Shown piece after piece: positions 10,091 to 19,541 of a stretch of 64,000 bases of DNA; within the stretch, counting starts at the first letter, position 1, and each line of letters opens with the position of its first letter. Source of the DNA: an uncultured Clostridia bacterium. Its GTDB lineage: Bacteria > Bacillota > Clostridia > Oscillospirales > Acutalibacteraceae. The position numbers were made by a program, and so were the translations under genes. The notes under the pieces were generated by a model. The model saw nothing but the letters and a program-made list of their open reading frames with translations. It was not told the DNA's origin and ran no database searches. The stretch is taken from NCBI GenBank assembly GCA_947628175.1, contig CANQZA010000001.1:4883-68882 (forward strand), given 5' to 3'.

Positions 10091-10983
10091 TTGAAATAAA
10101 CAGTGTTACAAAAAAATTCGGTGATTTCACGGCTATAGAGGATATATCTTTCAAGGTTGAGGAAGCGTCCATTTATGGTCTTGTAGGTTACAACGGCGCC
10201 GGAAAGACAACTCTGCTTAAAACATGCGCGGGCATATATAAGCCAGAGGGAGGCGGTGTTTTTGTAAACGGTGAAAACATCTATGATAACGATAAAATCC
10301 GAAAGGATCTTTTCTTTGTTCCCGATGACCTCTGTTTTTTCCGCGGATATAATCTGATAAAGATGAAAAAATTTTATAAGGGCTATTTTCCGAACTTTGA
10401 CGAAAAGGTTTTCAACAACATGGTTTCTGCTATGGGGCTTGATCCCAAAAAGAGCATACATTCCTTCTCAAAAGGTATGCAGCGCCAGGCAGAAATTATC
10501 CTTGCAATGGCATCAAGGCCGAAATACCTTCTTCTTGATGAGTGCTTTGACGGTATAGACCCTCAGAAAAGAAATCTTTGTAAAAAGATATTTATTGAGT
10601 ATATGGCGGAATCAGGATGCTCCATGATCATGAGTTCGCACAATCTTCAGGAGGTATCCGACCTGTGCGACCATGTTGCTCTGATAAACGGTAAAAGGCT
10701 CACCATGGATGTAAGTGTTGACGATATCACTGCGGCTTACAGAAAATACAGGTTAATATTCAATCAGAAAGCTGAAAAATCAATGTTTGACGGTATTGCC
10801 AACAAGGGAATAACAATAGACGGCAAGCTGGCGACAATCATCGTTGCGTCATCACCTGAATACGAGGCAAAGCTTGCCGCTCTGAATCCAATACATATTG
10901 ACAGCATAAATCTTTCCCTTGAGGAAGTATTTCTCAACGAAATGGAGGCAAACGATTATGACATCACAAAAATCTTCAGCTAA
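10087..10983 (+). CDS. ABC transporter ATP-binding protein
   Basis: Walker A GYNGAGKTT, signature FSKGM, Walker B LLLDE, H-switch SSH. Confidence 0.95.
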   Translation: MIEINSVTKKFGDFTAIEDISFKVEEASIYGLVGYNGAGKTTLLKTCAGIYKPEGGGVFVNGENIYDNDKIRKDLFFVPDDLCFFRGYNLIKMKKFYKGYFPNFDEKVFNNMVSAMGLDPKKSIHSFSKGMQRQAEIILAMASRPKYLLLDECFDGIDPQKRNLCKKIFIEYMAESGCSMIMSSHNLQEVSDLCDHVALINGKRLTMDVSVDDITAAYRKYRLIFNQKAEKSMFDGIANKGITIDGKLATIIVASSPEYEAKLAALNPIHIDSINLSLEEVFLNEMEANDYDITKIFS

Positions 10984-13357
10984 TATGCATTCTGCCAAAT
11001 ACGACTTAAAAATTGCCTTTAAATCCAATATTGGTGCCGCCGTTTTTACAACCCTGATGATGGTATATAAATTCATAATTACCGTCTATGATCAACTGTG
11101 CTACTTCTCTGCCGAAACCACTCAGAAATGGATTGATAATGCAAGAAGCTCCGCCACAATGCTCCTTCATACGCGGACAACATCATACTCCACGGGAATA
11201 TTATGTCTCCTATGCGGAGCGCTGTTTGCACTTGCCAGCTTCAGATACATAATGAAAAAGAAACAGGTTAACCTTTTTTATTCCTTTTCTGTCACCAGGC
11301 GAACAATGTTTATAAACAGACTGATTGCGAGCTTTACCTATATGATTCTTATATTATTTATAACCATAGGCGCTGATGCAGCAATCAATATATTCTTTTT
11401 TGCGCACCCTGCATTTATCATTAAAAATGCGCTGATTATGCTGTTTATCAGTCTTGTTTATATGATGCTTGGCTTTGCCGTTTTCGCATTTGCTTTATCA
11501 TCATGCCCCACATTAATAGAAGGTCTCTTCTTCGGAGGAGGACTTATGGTGCTCCCCACACTTGTACTCTGCTGTTTTGACACACTCTGCAATACTTTTT
11601 TAAATGGTTGGGGAAGAACCTCTGTTTTTGAAGCTTATAATGTGTATGAGCCTTTAAAAATGTCTGAATCGAACATCATAACCCATCTGGCAAATTACAA
11701 TCCGCTGTTGTTTGCAAAAAAGATTGGCGATGTAGGTATATCGGACAATATATATTCACGGGTTTGCAGTTATACAGACACATCTGCCAACATAAAAGAT
11801 TTCGGCTACAAGCCAATTGAAATGTCCTACATAACACCTTCTCTCCTATGGGCAGGAATCACCGTGCTTACTGTTATTGCGGCAGGATATATATTTGTCA
11901 GACGCAAAGCGGAAAAAGCAGGCAGCTATGGGCAAACAAAAATTGCCTCTGCCCTTGTTTCACTGGAAGCAGGCATCGCTGTTGCGTCAATATCAGCGTA
12001 TATTATTACCGCACACATCTTAAATTACAACAATATTATAATCTCATTCGTGCTTATGGCGGTAATCGCAATACTTGCCTATTACATTGCGCTTTGCATA
12101 TCAAGAAAAAAAATAAAGCATGCCGGCAAAACACTTGCCGTTCCGTGCTGCGCGGCAGCCGTTCTTGTATTATGCTCGGGTATTTTATATTCGGGCGGGT
12201 TAAACTATACGAATTATGTTCCCGCCGCAGAGGAAATTGAAAATGTATATATAGACGGCTTAATCGCAAACCCCGCAATGGACGAAGTCCATTGGAAATA
12301 TTTTTATGATGATTTAGATCCGGTTACGAGTCCCGTCGAAACCACTCTGGCACTGACGGATAAGGAAGACATAAAAATATTTTCCGAAGTTGTCAAGGAT
12401 ATTATACCCCGCCGAACCTCCGATATGATAGCCAACAGAGATATACGCATACGATACGATCTGAAAAACGGCAAGACAATATGCAGAAAATTCAACCGCT
12501 ATGATGAAAGCATGGCCTATAACCTGCTCACGCTTACCAAAACAAAAGCATACAGGGAAGAGCTTGAATATATCCTGCTGGATGAAACCATTCACCCGTA
12601 CAGTTCCTCAAGCCCTCTCTACAGTCGTCTTGCAAAAATATCCGATACATTCTCATCATATCCAAGCGATTGGGAATATAAATACCCCATTAACAGCGGT
12701 AAATCATATATCGCATCTCTTGACGGTCATGATAAGGTTGAGATTGAGAATAATAATGCTCTGAGGCAGGCTCTGCTCAAGGATTTACTCAATGATGACC
12801 TTCAGAAACGCTTTACGCCTGAAGAAAAGCCCTTATTCCGACTTCTATTTCAGACGGATTCCGAAGCGGTATATACAGAAGAATATGTTACGGACAGATG
12901 TGTGGGATATAATATTTATTCCTACATGACCAATACTATTCATTGTATAAAACAATCAGGAAAATATGACAGCGTTGCCAAGGAACTGAGAACCCCGCAA
13001 AAGGCATATATAACCAAATATTCAGATAGCGAGACATTCGGATACAATGACGGATATCAGGTTTTATCGGCGTCAGTTAATTATTATGATAAAAACCATG
13101 ACGAAAACGCAAATTGGGCAACACAGTCCTTTGATCTTTCCTTTGGGGATAAACCCGCGATAACCGACAAATCCCGTATACAGGAGCTTATAAGCGCATC
13201 AAGACCCTACGGACTTGCCGACTGCAATGATATATATTTAGTATTATTGGAATATCCCGGAAAACAAATATATTACACAACATTTATTCCATCGGATCAT
13301 GTTCCGAAATGGGCGCTTTCAAATCAGGCGCTCTCTGAAACGGAACAAAAATCCTAA
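10958..13357 (+). CDS. ABC transporter permease (multi-TM plus large C-terminal extracytoplasmic domain)
   Basis: Many hydrophobic segments and a FYSFSVTRRTMF motif typical of ABC-2-like permeases. RBS GGAGG before ATG 10958. Confidence 0.8.
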   Translation: MTSQKSSANMHSAKYDLKIAFKSNIGAAVFTTLMMVYKFIITVYDQLCYFSAETTQKWIDNARSSATMLLHTRTTSYSTGILCLLCGALFALASFRYIMKKKQVNLFYSFSVTRRTMFINRLIASFTYMILILFITIGADAAINIFFFAHPAFIIKNALIMLFISLVYMMLGFAVFAFALSSCPTLIEGLFFGGGLMVLPTLVLCCFDTLCNTFLNGWGRTSVFEAYNVYEPLKMSESNIITHLANYNPLLFAKKIGDVGISDNIYSRVCSYTDTSANIKDFGYKPIEMSYITPSLLWAGITVLTVIAAGYIFVRRKAEKAGSYGQTKIASALVSLEAGIAVASISAYIITAHILNYNNIIISFVLMAVIAILAYYIALCISRKKIKHAGKTLAVPCCAAAVLVLCSGILYSGGLNYTNYVPAAEEIENVYIDGLIANPAMDEVHWKYFYDDLDPVTSPVETTLALTDKEDIKIFSEVVKDIIPRRTSDMIANRDIRIRYDLKNGKTICRKFNRYDESMAYNLLTLTKTKAYREELEYILLDETIHPYSSSSPLYSRLAKISDTFSSYPSDWEYKYPINSGKSYIASLDGHDKVEIENNNALRQALLKDLLNDDLQKRFTPEEKPLFRLLFQTDSEAVYTEEYVTDRCVGYNIYSYMTNTIHCIKQSGKYDSVAKELRTPQKAYITKYSDSETFGYNDGYQVLSASVNYYDKNHDENANWATQSFDLSFGDKPAITDKSRIQELISASRPYGLADCNDIYLVLLEYPGKQIYYTTFIPSDHVPKWALSNQALSETEQKS

Positions 13358-13406
13358 AATCTAAAATAACAGAGAGAAGATTTACCTGCATAAAGAGGTG
13401 ACAGGA

Positions 13407-14246
13407 ATGATAAACCTATTAGTGGCATTGGACAGCAATTATGTACCTCCGCTTTGCACAATGCTCAAATCAATCAAAAAATCAAATGTCGGTGAACAGA
13501 TGAGGCTGTATATTGCGCATTCCTCTTTAACCGAAAAGGATTTTAAGCGCATTGAATCGACAGTATACGATTATGATATGGAAATACACCCTATCTGTGT
13601 GGATGACGCCTATTTTAAAAACGCGCCGAATCTCAAACGACTCTCTAAGGAAACCTATTACAGGCTCTTTGCCCCGCTTTACCTTCCGAAATCCGTGGAC
13701 AGGATTCTTTATCTTGATCCTGACACGATAGTTATAAATCCCCTTAAAACTTTCTACTCTATGGATTTCGAGAGCTCTTTAATCGTCGGCGCAAAGCATT
13801 TTGACGGATTTGTGGACAGGTGGAATAAGGGAAGACTTTTTATAAAAAAATCTCCGCATTATATCAACGCAGGCGTCCTGCTTATGAATATTAAGGAAAT
13901 GAGAAACAAATTTTCACCTGACAGTCTTTTTGCGCTTATCGAAAAATATAAGAGAATTTTGTTTCTTGCCGATCAGGATGCACTCAATGTGTATTATCAG
14001 GGAGCAATTGAAACGGTTAGCGAGTACAGAATTAACCTTGACGAAAGATGCTTCCGGCGACTTGCAAAGCTCAAAGGCTCTGAAAAAAAGGCGCTTGAAT
14101 ATGTCAAAAAAACAACCGTCATTATACATTATGACGGAAAGCAAAAGCCATGGAATGAAGAATATGACGGCAGTCTTCACGGCTTTTACGATACAGTTTC
14201 AAATGATACGATTCCCTTTGCGAGGTCAATAGATGCACCCGCTTAA
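13407..14246 (+). CDS. Glycosyltransferase family 8
   Basis: DSNYV, TYYRL, RILYLDPD (DxD), YINAGVLLMN, DQDALN, IIHY.G..KPW. Confidence 0.92.
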   Translation: MINLLVALDSNYVPPLCTMLKSIKKSNVGEQMRLYIAHSSLTEKDFKRIESTVYDYDMEIHPICVDDAYFKNAPNLKRLSKETYYRLFAPLYLPKSVDRILYLDPDTIVINPLKTFYSMDFESSLIVGAKHFDGFVDRWNKGRLFIKKSPHYINAGVLLMNIKEMRNKFSPDSLFALIEKYKRILFLADQDALNVYYQGAIETVSEYRINLDERCFRRLAKLKGSEKKALEYVKKTTVIIHYDGKQKPWNEEYDGSLHGFYDTVSNDTIPFARSIDAPA

Positions 14247-14952
14247 AATGAATCTGAAAAAATATTTAAAAAAGCCGTCAAAAGAAACTGTTGCCGTTTA
14301 CGGCGCAGGTTTGGGAATACTGCTTATTCTGTTTTTGGTTTTATATCTGACTGTCGGCCGAAATCTTGCCGAATTTGTAACCGATACACAGAGCTTTAAG
14401 ATATGGCTTGATTCTTACAAGCATCTGAGCGGTCTTATCTTCGTGTTTATAAGAGCATTTCAGACAGTGATAAAAATTATACCGGCAGAGCCTCTTGAAA
14501 TCGCCGCGGGTTATGCGTTTGGCATATGGGGCGGAACCGCCCTGTGTTCTCTGGGCTCATTTATAGGCTCTCTTGTGATTATCCTGCTTTCAAAATGGAT
14601 CGGTGTAAAATTTGTAAGACTGTTTATAAACGAAGAGCAGATAAGCGAGTTAAAAATAATCAGCGACAGGAAAAACCAACGATTGTTTTTGATTATATTC
14701 TATCTCATTCCGGGATCGCCAAAGGATATTTTCACTTATATTGCCGGAACTATAAATATAAATCTCGCAGAATTTTTTATAATCACAACCATATGCAGAA
14801 TTCCGTCCATTATCACCTCGACAGTCTGCGGATACTCACTCGGGCAAAACAATATAAAATTTGCTGTGGCAATATTCACGGTAACCGCTGCTGTTTCGCT
14901 TGTTTGCGGTTATCTTTATAAAAAATATTCGGACACCCGAAAGGCACACTGA
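14233..14952 (+). CDS. TVP38/TMEM64 (VTT/DedA-like) membrane protein
   Basis: IIPAEPLEIAAGYAFG, YLIPGSPKD, TTICRIP. Confidence 0.88.
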   Translation: MHPLKMNLKKYLKKPSKETVAVYGAGLGILLILFLVLYLTVGRNLAEFVTDTQSFKIWLDSYKHLSGLIFVFIRAFQTVIKIIPAEPLEIAAGYAFGIWGGTALCSLGSFIGSLVIILLSKWIGVKFVRLFINEEQISELKIISDRKNQRLFLIIFYLIPGSPKDIFTYIAGTININLAEFFIITTICRIPSIITSTVCGYSLGQNNIKFAVAIFTVTAAVSLVCGYLYKKYSDTRKAH

Positions 14953-14973
14953 AAGCGGAAAATGCATAAATTT

Positions 14974-15021
14974 ACGGAGCTGTCCCAACTAAGTTCTTGG
15001 TTGGGACAGCTCCGTTTTTTA
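14974..15021. terminator. Bidirectional terminator / REP-like hairpin
   Basis: Perfect 16-bp inverted repeat acggagctgtcccaac-N10-gttgggacagctccgt plus T-run, between convergent genes. Confidence 0.8.
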
Positions 15022-15026
15022 ATATT

Positions 15027-16196
15027 TTACATATTCGCGTTATCATTCTCTCCATCGGGTTGTTCGGGCGGATTGTAATATTGAGTATCCTCGCTCTGAG
15101 GCGTATTGTCCTGCGGCGCGGGATTATAATAGTAACCGGACTGCGCGCCGTTATCAGGCGTATGCTCCTGTCCAGCCTGCGCATAATCATTATGTTCCGA
15201 AGGTGTATAATAATTTGTCGGCTGTGCGTTATTTATATCCGGATTGTAATAGCTTTGGGCATTGTTCTGAGATTGAAAGGAATTATACTTTTCCCTGAGC
15301 TCATCCTCGGAAAGAAAATCATCATCTGTAACCCTTCCTTCGCTGATTGCCCTTAAACGGAAATTTTCATAATACAGTGCCCTTGTCGTATTAACATAAG
15401 GGAGAACATAAACGCTTGCTATACCGAATGTTACACCGACAAGAAGATACCAGAGAATAAAGCTTAAATCCAGAACAAAAAGCTCTGTCCTGTTGCCCTT
15501 AATGATTTTTTTGGACAGCTTCAGCACCTCACTCGGCTTGAGATTAGGATTGTCACACATAATTTCATAGGAAAAATATGTGCTGTAATAATATATAACG
15601 CCGGGGATAATGAAAAGCAGTATAAGCAGACCTATCAATATATTTCTTAAACAATAGAGCACGAGCTTTTTAAGATAGCTTTCATTAAAGCTGAATGTAA
15701 AGAGATTGCCAAGCTGTTGTGAAAGCTTGAATTCCTCATCACTGCGCCTTCTGATAAACAGAACAAAAAGTCCTGACAGCGTCACGGTAAGAGGATTAAG
15801 AATAAACGCAATCAGTGACGGAACAAATGAGCCTATATTAACGGTAAATTTAGGCCGTATATTTTCTAATACATTATTATTATTTGAATTATGGTTATTA
15901 TAATTTTCTTCAAACGAATCAAACGGATTTTGACTGTCCTGTGAGCCGAAACCGAACTCCCCGTTTAAAAAGTCCTCGAAATCATCGTAGTCATTTTGTT
16001 CCTGTGGGTAGCTGTCTTCAAAACGATTGTCGGACTGAGAAACTATATTCTCAAAACTTTTATTAATTGTAAAAATGGATGATGCTCCGCCCGTAAGCAC
16101 AATGACAATAACACAAATCAGAAACAAAGGAAAAATTTTATCCTTAATAAGCTGTTTTGCCTGTGATTTGACAAGCGGTCTGTTAATTTTGTTCAC
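15027..16196 (-). CDS. DUF975 family membrane protein with Q/N/Y-rich low-complexity C-tail
   Basis: LFIIPGVIYYYS..SYEI..DNP..SKKIIKGNRTELFVLDLSFILW..VLPY; tail with repeated YYNP. Confidence 0.85.
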   Translation of the reverse strand: MNKINRPLVKSQAKQLIKDKIFPLFLICVIVIVLTGGASSIFTINKSFENIVSQSDNRFEDSYPQEQNDYDDFEDFLNGEFGFGSQDSQNPFDSFEENYNNHNSNNNNVLENIRPKFTVNIGSFVPSLIAFILNPLTVTLSGLFVLFIRRRSDEEFKLSQQLGNLFTFSFNESYLKKLVLYCLRNILIGLLILLFIIPGVIYYYSTYFSYEIMCDNPNLKPSEVLKLSKKIIKGNRTELFVLDLSFILWYLLVGVTFGIASVYVLPYVNTTRALYYENFRLRAISEGRVTDDDFLSEDELREKYNSFQSQNNAQSYYNPDINNAQPTNYYTPSEHNDYAQAGQEHTPDNGAQSGYYYNPAPQDNTPQSEDTQYYNPPEQPDGENDNANM

Positions 16197-16221
16197 AATA
16201 ACACATTCCTTTCATCTAATA

Positions 16222-17601
16222 TTAAAATTTAATTTTTTCCTCAATAAATGACGCAAGCTCTGAAACAGGAATTCTCACCTGCTCCATTGTATCACGGTCG
16301 CGGACTGTTACACAACCGTCCTCCTGTGAATCAAAATCATAGGTTATACAGTAAGGTGTGCCTATCTCATCCTGGCGGCGGTATCTTTTGCCTATTGAAC
16401 CGGTCTCGTCAAAATCAGTCATAAAGTGCCCGCTCAACTCACGGCAGATTTCAAGCGCCTGCTCTGACAGCTTTTTTGAAAGAGGCAAAACTGCGGCTTT
16501 ATACGGAGCGACAACAGGATTGAGATGAAGAACAACTCTTGTATCCTTTTTTTCTGCGTCTATTACCTCTTCGTCATATGCTTCACAGAGAAGAGCAAGA
16601 ACGGTTCTGTCCAGTCCGTAGGTAGACTCAATTATATAAGGAATATATTTTTCATTTGTAACAGGATCAAGGTATTCCATCTTCTGACCGCTGTACTCCT
16701 GATGCCTTGTAAGGTCAAAATCGGTTCTGTTATGCGTACCGTTGATTTCTCCCCAGCCAAACGGGAAAAGAAATTCTATATCGCACGCGGCCTTTGCATA
16801 ATGAGCAAGCTTTTCATGGTCGTGAAAACGAAGATGCTCGCCGGCAATACCCAAGTCCTCAAAATATTTTTTGCCGTATTCCTTAAAATAATCGTACAAT
16901 TGAGTGTCGGTTCCCTCTTTACAGAAGGTCTGAAACTCCATCTGCTCAAACTCGATAGTCCTGAAAGTAAAATTACCCGGTGTAATCTCATTTCTGAACG
17001 CCTTGCCGATCTGACCTATACTGAACGGAAGCTTCGCTCTCATAGTGCGCTGAACATTGACATAGTTGACATATTCACCCTGCGCATTTTCCGGGCGGAG
17101 ATAAATGATGCTCTTGCTGTCATTTGTAACGCCTCTGTAGGTTTGAAACATAAGATTGAATTCTCTTATATCCGTAAAATTATGCTTGCCGCAATTCGGA
17201 CACGGAATACTGTTTTCCTTGATATACGCAAACATTTCTTCCTTGGTCATTGCGTCTGCGTGTGCGTCGGGATTAAAGTCATCAATCAGATTATCTGCTC
17301 TGTGGCGCATTTTGCACTCCTTGCAATCCAGAAGAGGATCGGAAAATGATGCCACATGACCGCTTGCTTCCCATACACGCGGGTGCATAAGAATATCCGC
17401 ATCAACCTCATAGCTGTTTTTTCTCTCCTGAATAAATCGTTTTCTCCAGGTATCCTTAACATTATTTTTAAGCCTTGTTCCAAGAGGGCCGTAATCCCAT
17501 GTGTTTGCAAGTCCGCCGTATATATCGCTTCCCGGGAAAATAAAGCCTCTTCCCTTGCAAAGCGCGACTATTTTTTCCATTGTTTTTTCTGTATTCAGCA
17601 T
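16222..17601 (-). CDS. glyQS: Glycine--tRNA ligase (alpha2, eukaryote-like type)
   Basis: IYGGLANTWDYGPLG, YLRPENAQG, GKAFRNEITPGNF.FR..EFEQME, IGKRYRRQDEIGTP. Start trimmed to ATG 17601. Confidence 0.96.
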   Translation of the reverse strand: MLNTEKTMEKIVALCKGRGFIFPGSDIYGGLANTWDYGPLGTRLKNNVKDTWRKRFIQERKNSYEVDADILMHPRVWEASGHVASFSDPLLDCKECKMRHRADNLIDDFNPDAHADAMTKEEMFAYIKENSIPCPNCGKHNFTDIREFNLMFQTYRGVTNDSKSIIYLRPENAQGEYVNYVNVQRTMRAKLPFSIGQIGKAFRNEITPGNFTFRTIEFEQMEFQTFCKEGTDTQLYDYFKEYGKKYFEDLGIAGEHLRFHDHEKLAHYAKAACDIEFLFPFGWGEINGTHNRTDFDLTRHQEYSGQKMEYLDPVTNEKYIPYIIESTYGLDRTVLALLCEAYDEEVIDAEKKDTRVVLHLNPVVAPYKAAVLPLSKKLSEQALEICRELSGHFMTDFDETGSIGKRYRRQDEIGTPYCITYDFDSQEDGCVTVRDRDTMEQVRIPVSELASFIEEKIKF

Positions 17602-17640
17602 AGATAAGAACCTCCGCAATCTTTATGCAATATCAGGATT

Positions 17641-17669
17641 ATTTTACTATTTTTTCCGCAATAAGTCAA
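17641..17669 (-). promoter_or_regulatory. Sigma-A promoter of glyQS
   Basis: TTGACT-17 bp-TAAAAT on the minus strand, about 40 bp above the start. Confidence 0.65.
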
Positions 17670-17670
17670 C

Positions 17671-17696
17671 AAAAAGCCACCGCAAAAGCGATGGCT
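17671..17696 (-). terminator. Terminator after the G5/3D gene
   Basis: agccaccgc-aaaa-gcgatggct stem with a U-tail on the minus strand. Confidence 0.6.
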
Positions 17697-17717
17697 CAAA
17701 TAATAATCTTTAAAAAT

Positions 17718-18950
17718 CTACCATCCAAGTCTGACGATGGTTAAATCACAACTGCCTGTACCGTATCTGTAGCAGGCTTTATGCCCTTCGGGCGTGAAAA
17801 TATCTATTCTTCCCTTTACGGACAATCCGGAGCCTCCGCGGTCAACTACGGTGTAGTTTGTTCCGTCGACATTGACAACTGAGCCCATAGGCAGCCAGTT
17901 ACAGGCTATATAGTAAGGATTGGGCATTCCGTTATACACTCTTCTGCCGCTTGCCGTCATGCCCGTTCCCGTTCCGCAGGCTGCGCACGCGCAGTAATGT
18001 GTATATCTTCCGTTAATTTTCTGCCCTACGGAGTAGCCGTTTTTGGACGAAACACCGTTTGATTTATAAGAAGCGCCCTTTGTTTTTTTTGTCCCCACTT
18101 TTACAATTTCGTTTTCAGGTTTCTTTACAGTCCGGCGCGAAAGCTCCTGCTTACTGTCTTCCTTGCCATTAACATATTTTACCTTATAGGTTACTTTATC
18201 CTCGCCTTTTACACCCTTTTTGAATACTTTTGTAACACCTCTGGCAAGCGTGCCGTCTTTTTTTTCTGTTGTTTTATAGGATGTTTTCTGTGTTCTTTCC
18301 TCTTCCTTATATTCAACACGGAAGACTTTAACCGTCATATCAGCCTTGAGCTTTGTGTCAAGTGACGGCTTGGTGTAATCATCTTTGCCAAGTTCAATCT
18401 GGGCCAGCGAAATTAAATCGGCAACAGTACCCTGATAAATGGCATACTTTGCTTTCTTGCCGTCGGCAATGAGCTTTACAGACATAGCAGATTTTATATC
18501 AATTACCATACCGTCTTCTATGTTATCTGTAAGGCTGTAATTAATTTTGTCCTGAGCGGAAACAGTGATACCGAGCTCGTCAAATGCCTTGCCGACTGTA
18601 TCACCGTAAACATCATATGTGCTTATAACACCGTCAAACTTCACATTTATTCTATTGCGCTTATCCACTCTGATGGTTCCGCCCTCGCCTGAACGAAAAG
18701 CACTGATGTCAAGTTTGTCACTTTCGGCAAGAATAACATTTGCCTGTGACAGGATTTCGATTGGTTCCTTCTCATTCGTTGTAACTGCAAATGTGTTATT
18801 GTCAACAGCAATTTCAACCTTGTATTCCGACGCTAAATCGGCAAACGCAGTGGTTGCAAAAACAATTACAGTAACAATAAGGGCGATTACTGCTGTTAAA
18901 ACAGTACGGCTGACGCCTCTGAGATGAACAGCACCTGATTGGTTTATCAT
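17718..18950 (-). CDS. YabE/RpfB-like cell-wall remodelling protein (DUF348 repeats, G5, 3D domain)
   Basis: N-terminal anchor, ubiquitin-like DUF348 repeats (TVGKAFDELGITV..DKIN), G5 (KGVKG..YKVKYVNG..V.KP..EIVKVGT), 3D-like VVDRGG..RIDIF. Confidence 0.88.
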   Translation of the reverse strand: MINQSGAVHLRGVSRTVLTAVIALIVTVIVFATTAFADLASEYKVEIAVDNNTFAVTTNEKEPIEILSQANVILAESDKLDISAFRSGEGGTIRVDKRNRINVKFDGVISTYDVYGDTVGKAFDELGITVSAQDKINYSLTDNIEDGMVIDIKSAMSVKLIADGKKAKYAIYQGTVADLISLAQIELGKDDYTKPSLDTKLKADMTVKVFRVEYKEEERTQKTSYKTTEKKDGTLARGVTKVFKKGVKGEDKVTYKVKYVNGKEDSKQELSRRTVKKPENEIVKVGTKKTKGASYKSNGVSSKNGYSVGQKINGRYTHYCACAACGTGTGMTASGRRVYNGMPNPYYIACNWLPMGSVVNVDGTNYTVVDRGGSGLSVKGRIDIFTPEGHKACYRYGTGSCDLTIVRLGW

Positions 18951-19107
18951 CTTAATCTCCTTTGTTATCCGGAAAATATTAGGGTTTCAGGTCGTGAAAC
19001 AGTTGTTCCTAATATCAATGGGAAGTCCATACATTCTTGCTGAAAATCCCACCAAGCAGAAGCAGTATTTTCTGCCTTTACCGTTAGTATTTCCCTGAGC
19101 GATAGAC

Positions 19108-19136
19108 ATTATAGTCACAAGTGCATAATGTGTCAA
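19108..19136 (-). promoter_or_regulatory. Consensus sigma-A promoter of the G5/3D gene
   Basis: Perfect TTGACA-17 bp-TATAAT on the minus strand, giving a leader of about 150 nt. Confidence 0.85.
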
Positions 19137-19480
19137 CAATTTTGTTTGTGTTGTTTTGTATAAATTGCACAACAGTGCAATTTCCAATATTTCATTTTGT
19201 CCTTTTTTAAACTATATCTTGTGGTTATATTTTTAACGCTTTAATTCGGTAAAATGTTTTTTTTGTAAAAAGGTTAGAAAACCGCGATTTCTTTTTCATA
19301 TTTTGTAACCTTTTTAATTCAAAGATAATTTTTTCGCAACATATTGGAAAAGATTAGTAATTTTTTCATTTATTTATCAATATATATAATTTGTTCATTT
19401 TATAAACAATTCATTTATGAACAAATATTTTGCCGCAAACCAGTTCCCTTTTCTTTTGTGCGCCTATACCTTCAACAAAA

Positions 19481-19519
19481 AGAAACGGCCGTCTCGAATC
19501 GTACAATCGGGACAGCCGT
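19481..19519 (-). terminator. Terminator of the three-gene minus-strand operon
   Basis: acggc-c-gtctcga...tcgggac-a-gccgt stem with A-run (U-tail on minus). Confidence 0.6.
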
Positions 19520-19541
19520 ATACTATTATAAATATATAAGG

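Noticed and set aside
14974-15015. Hairpin as a MITE or IS-end remnant
   Set aside because: Single copy in the window, positioned as an ordinary bidirectional terminator
15027-15280. Repeated YYNP motifs in the DUF975 tail
   Set aside because: Ordinary low-complexity disordered tail; repeats are not exact at DNA level
17718-18010. 3D domain with the first Asp replaced by Asn and a CxCxxC motif
   Set aside because: The later DxG and IDIF aspartates are present, and Cys-rich variants are common in clostridial 3D domains
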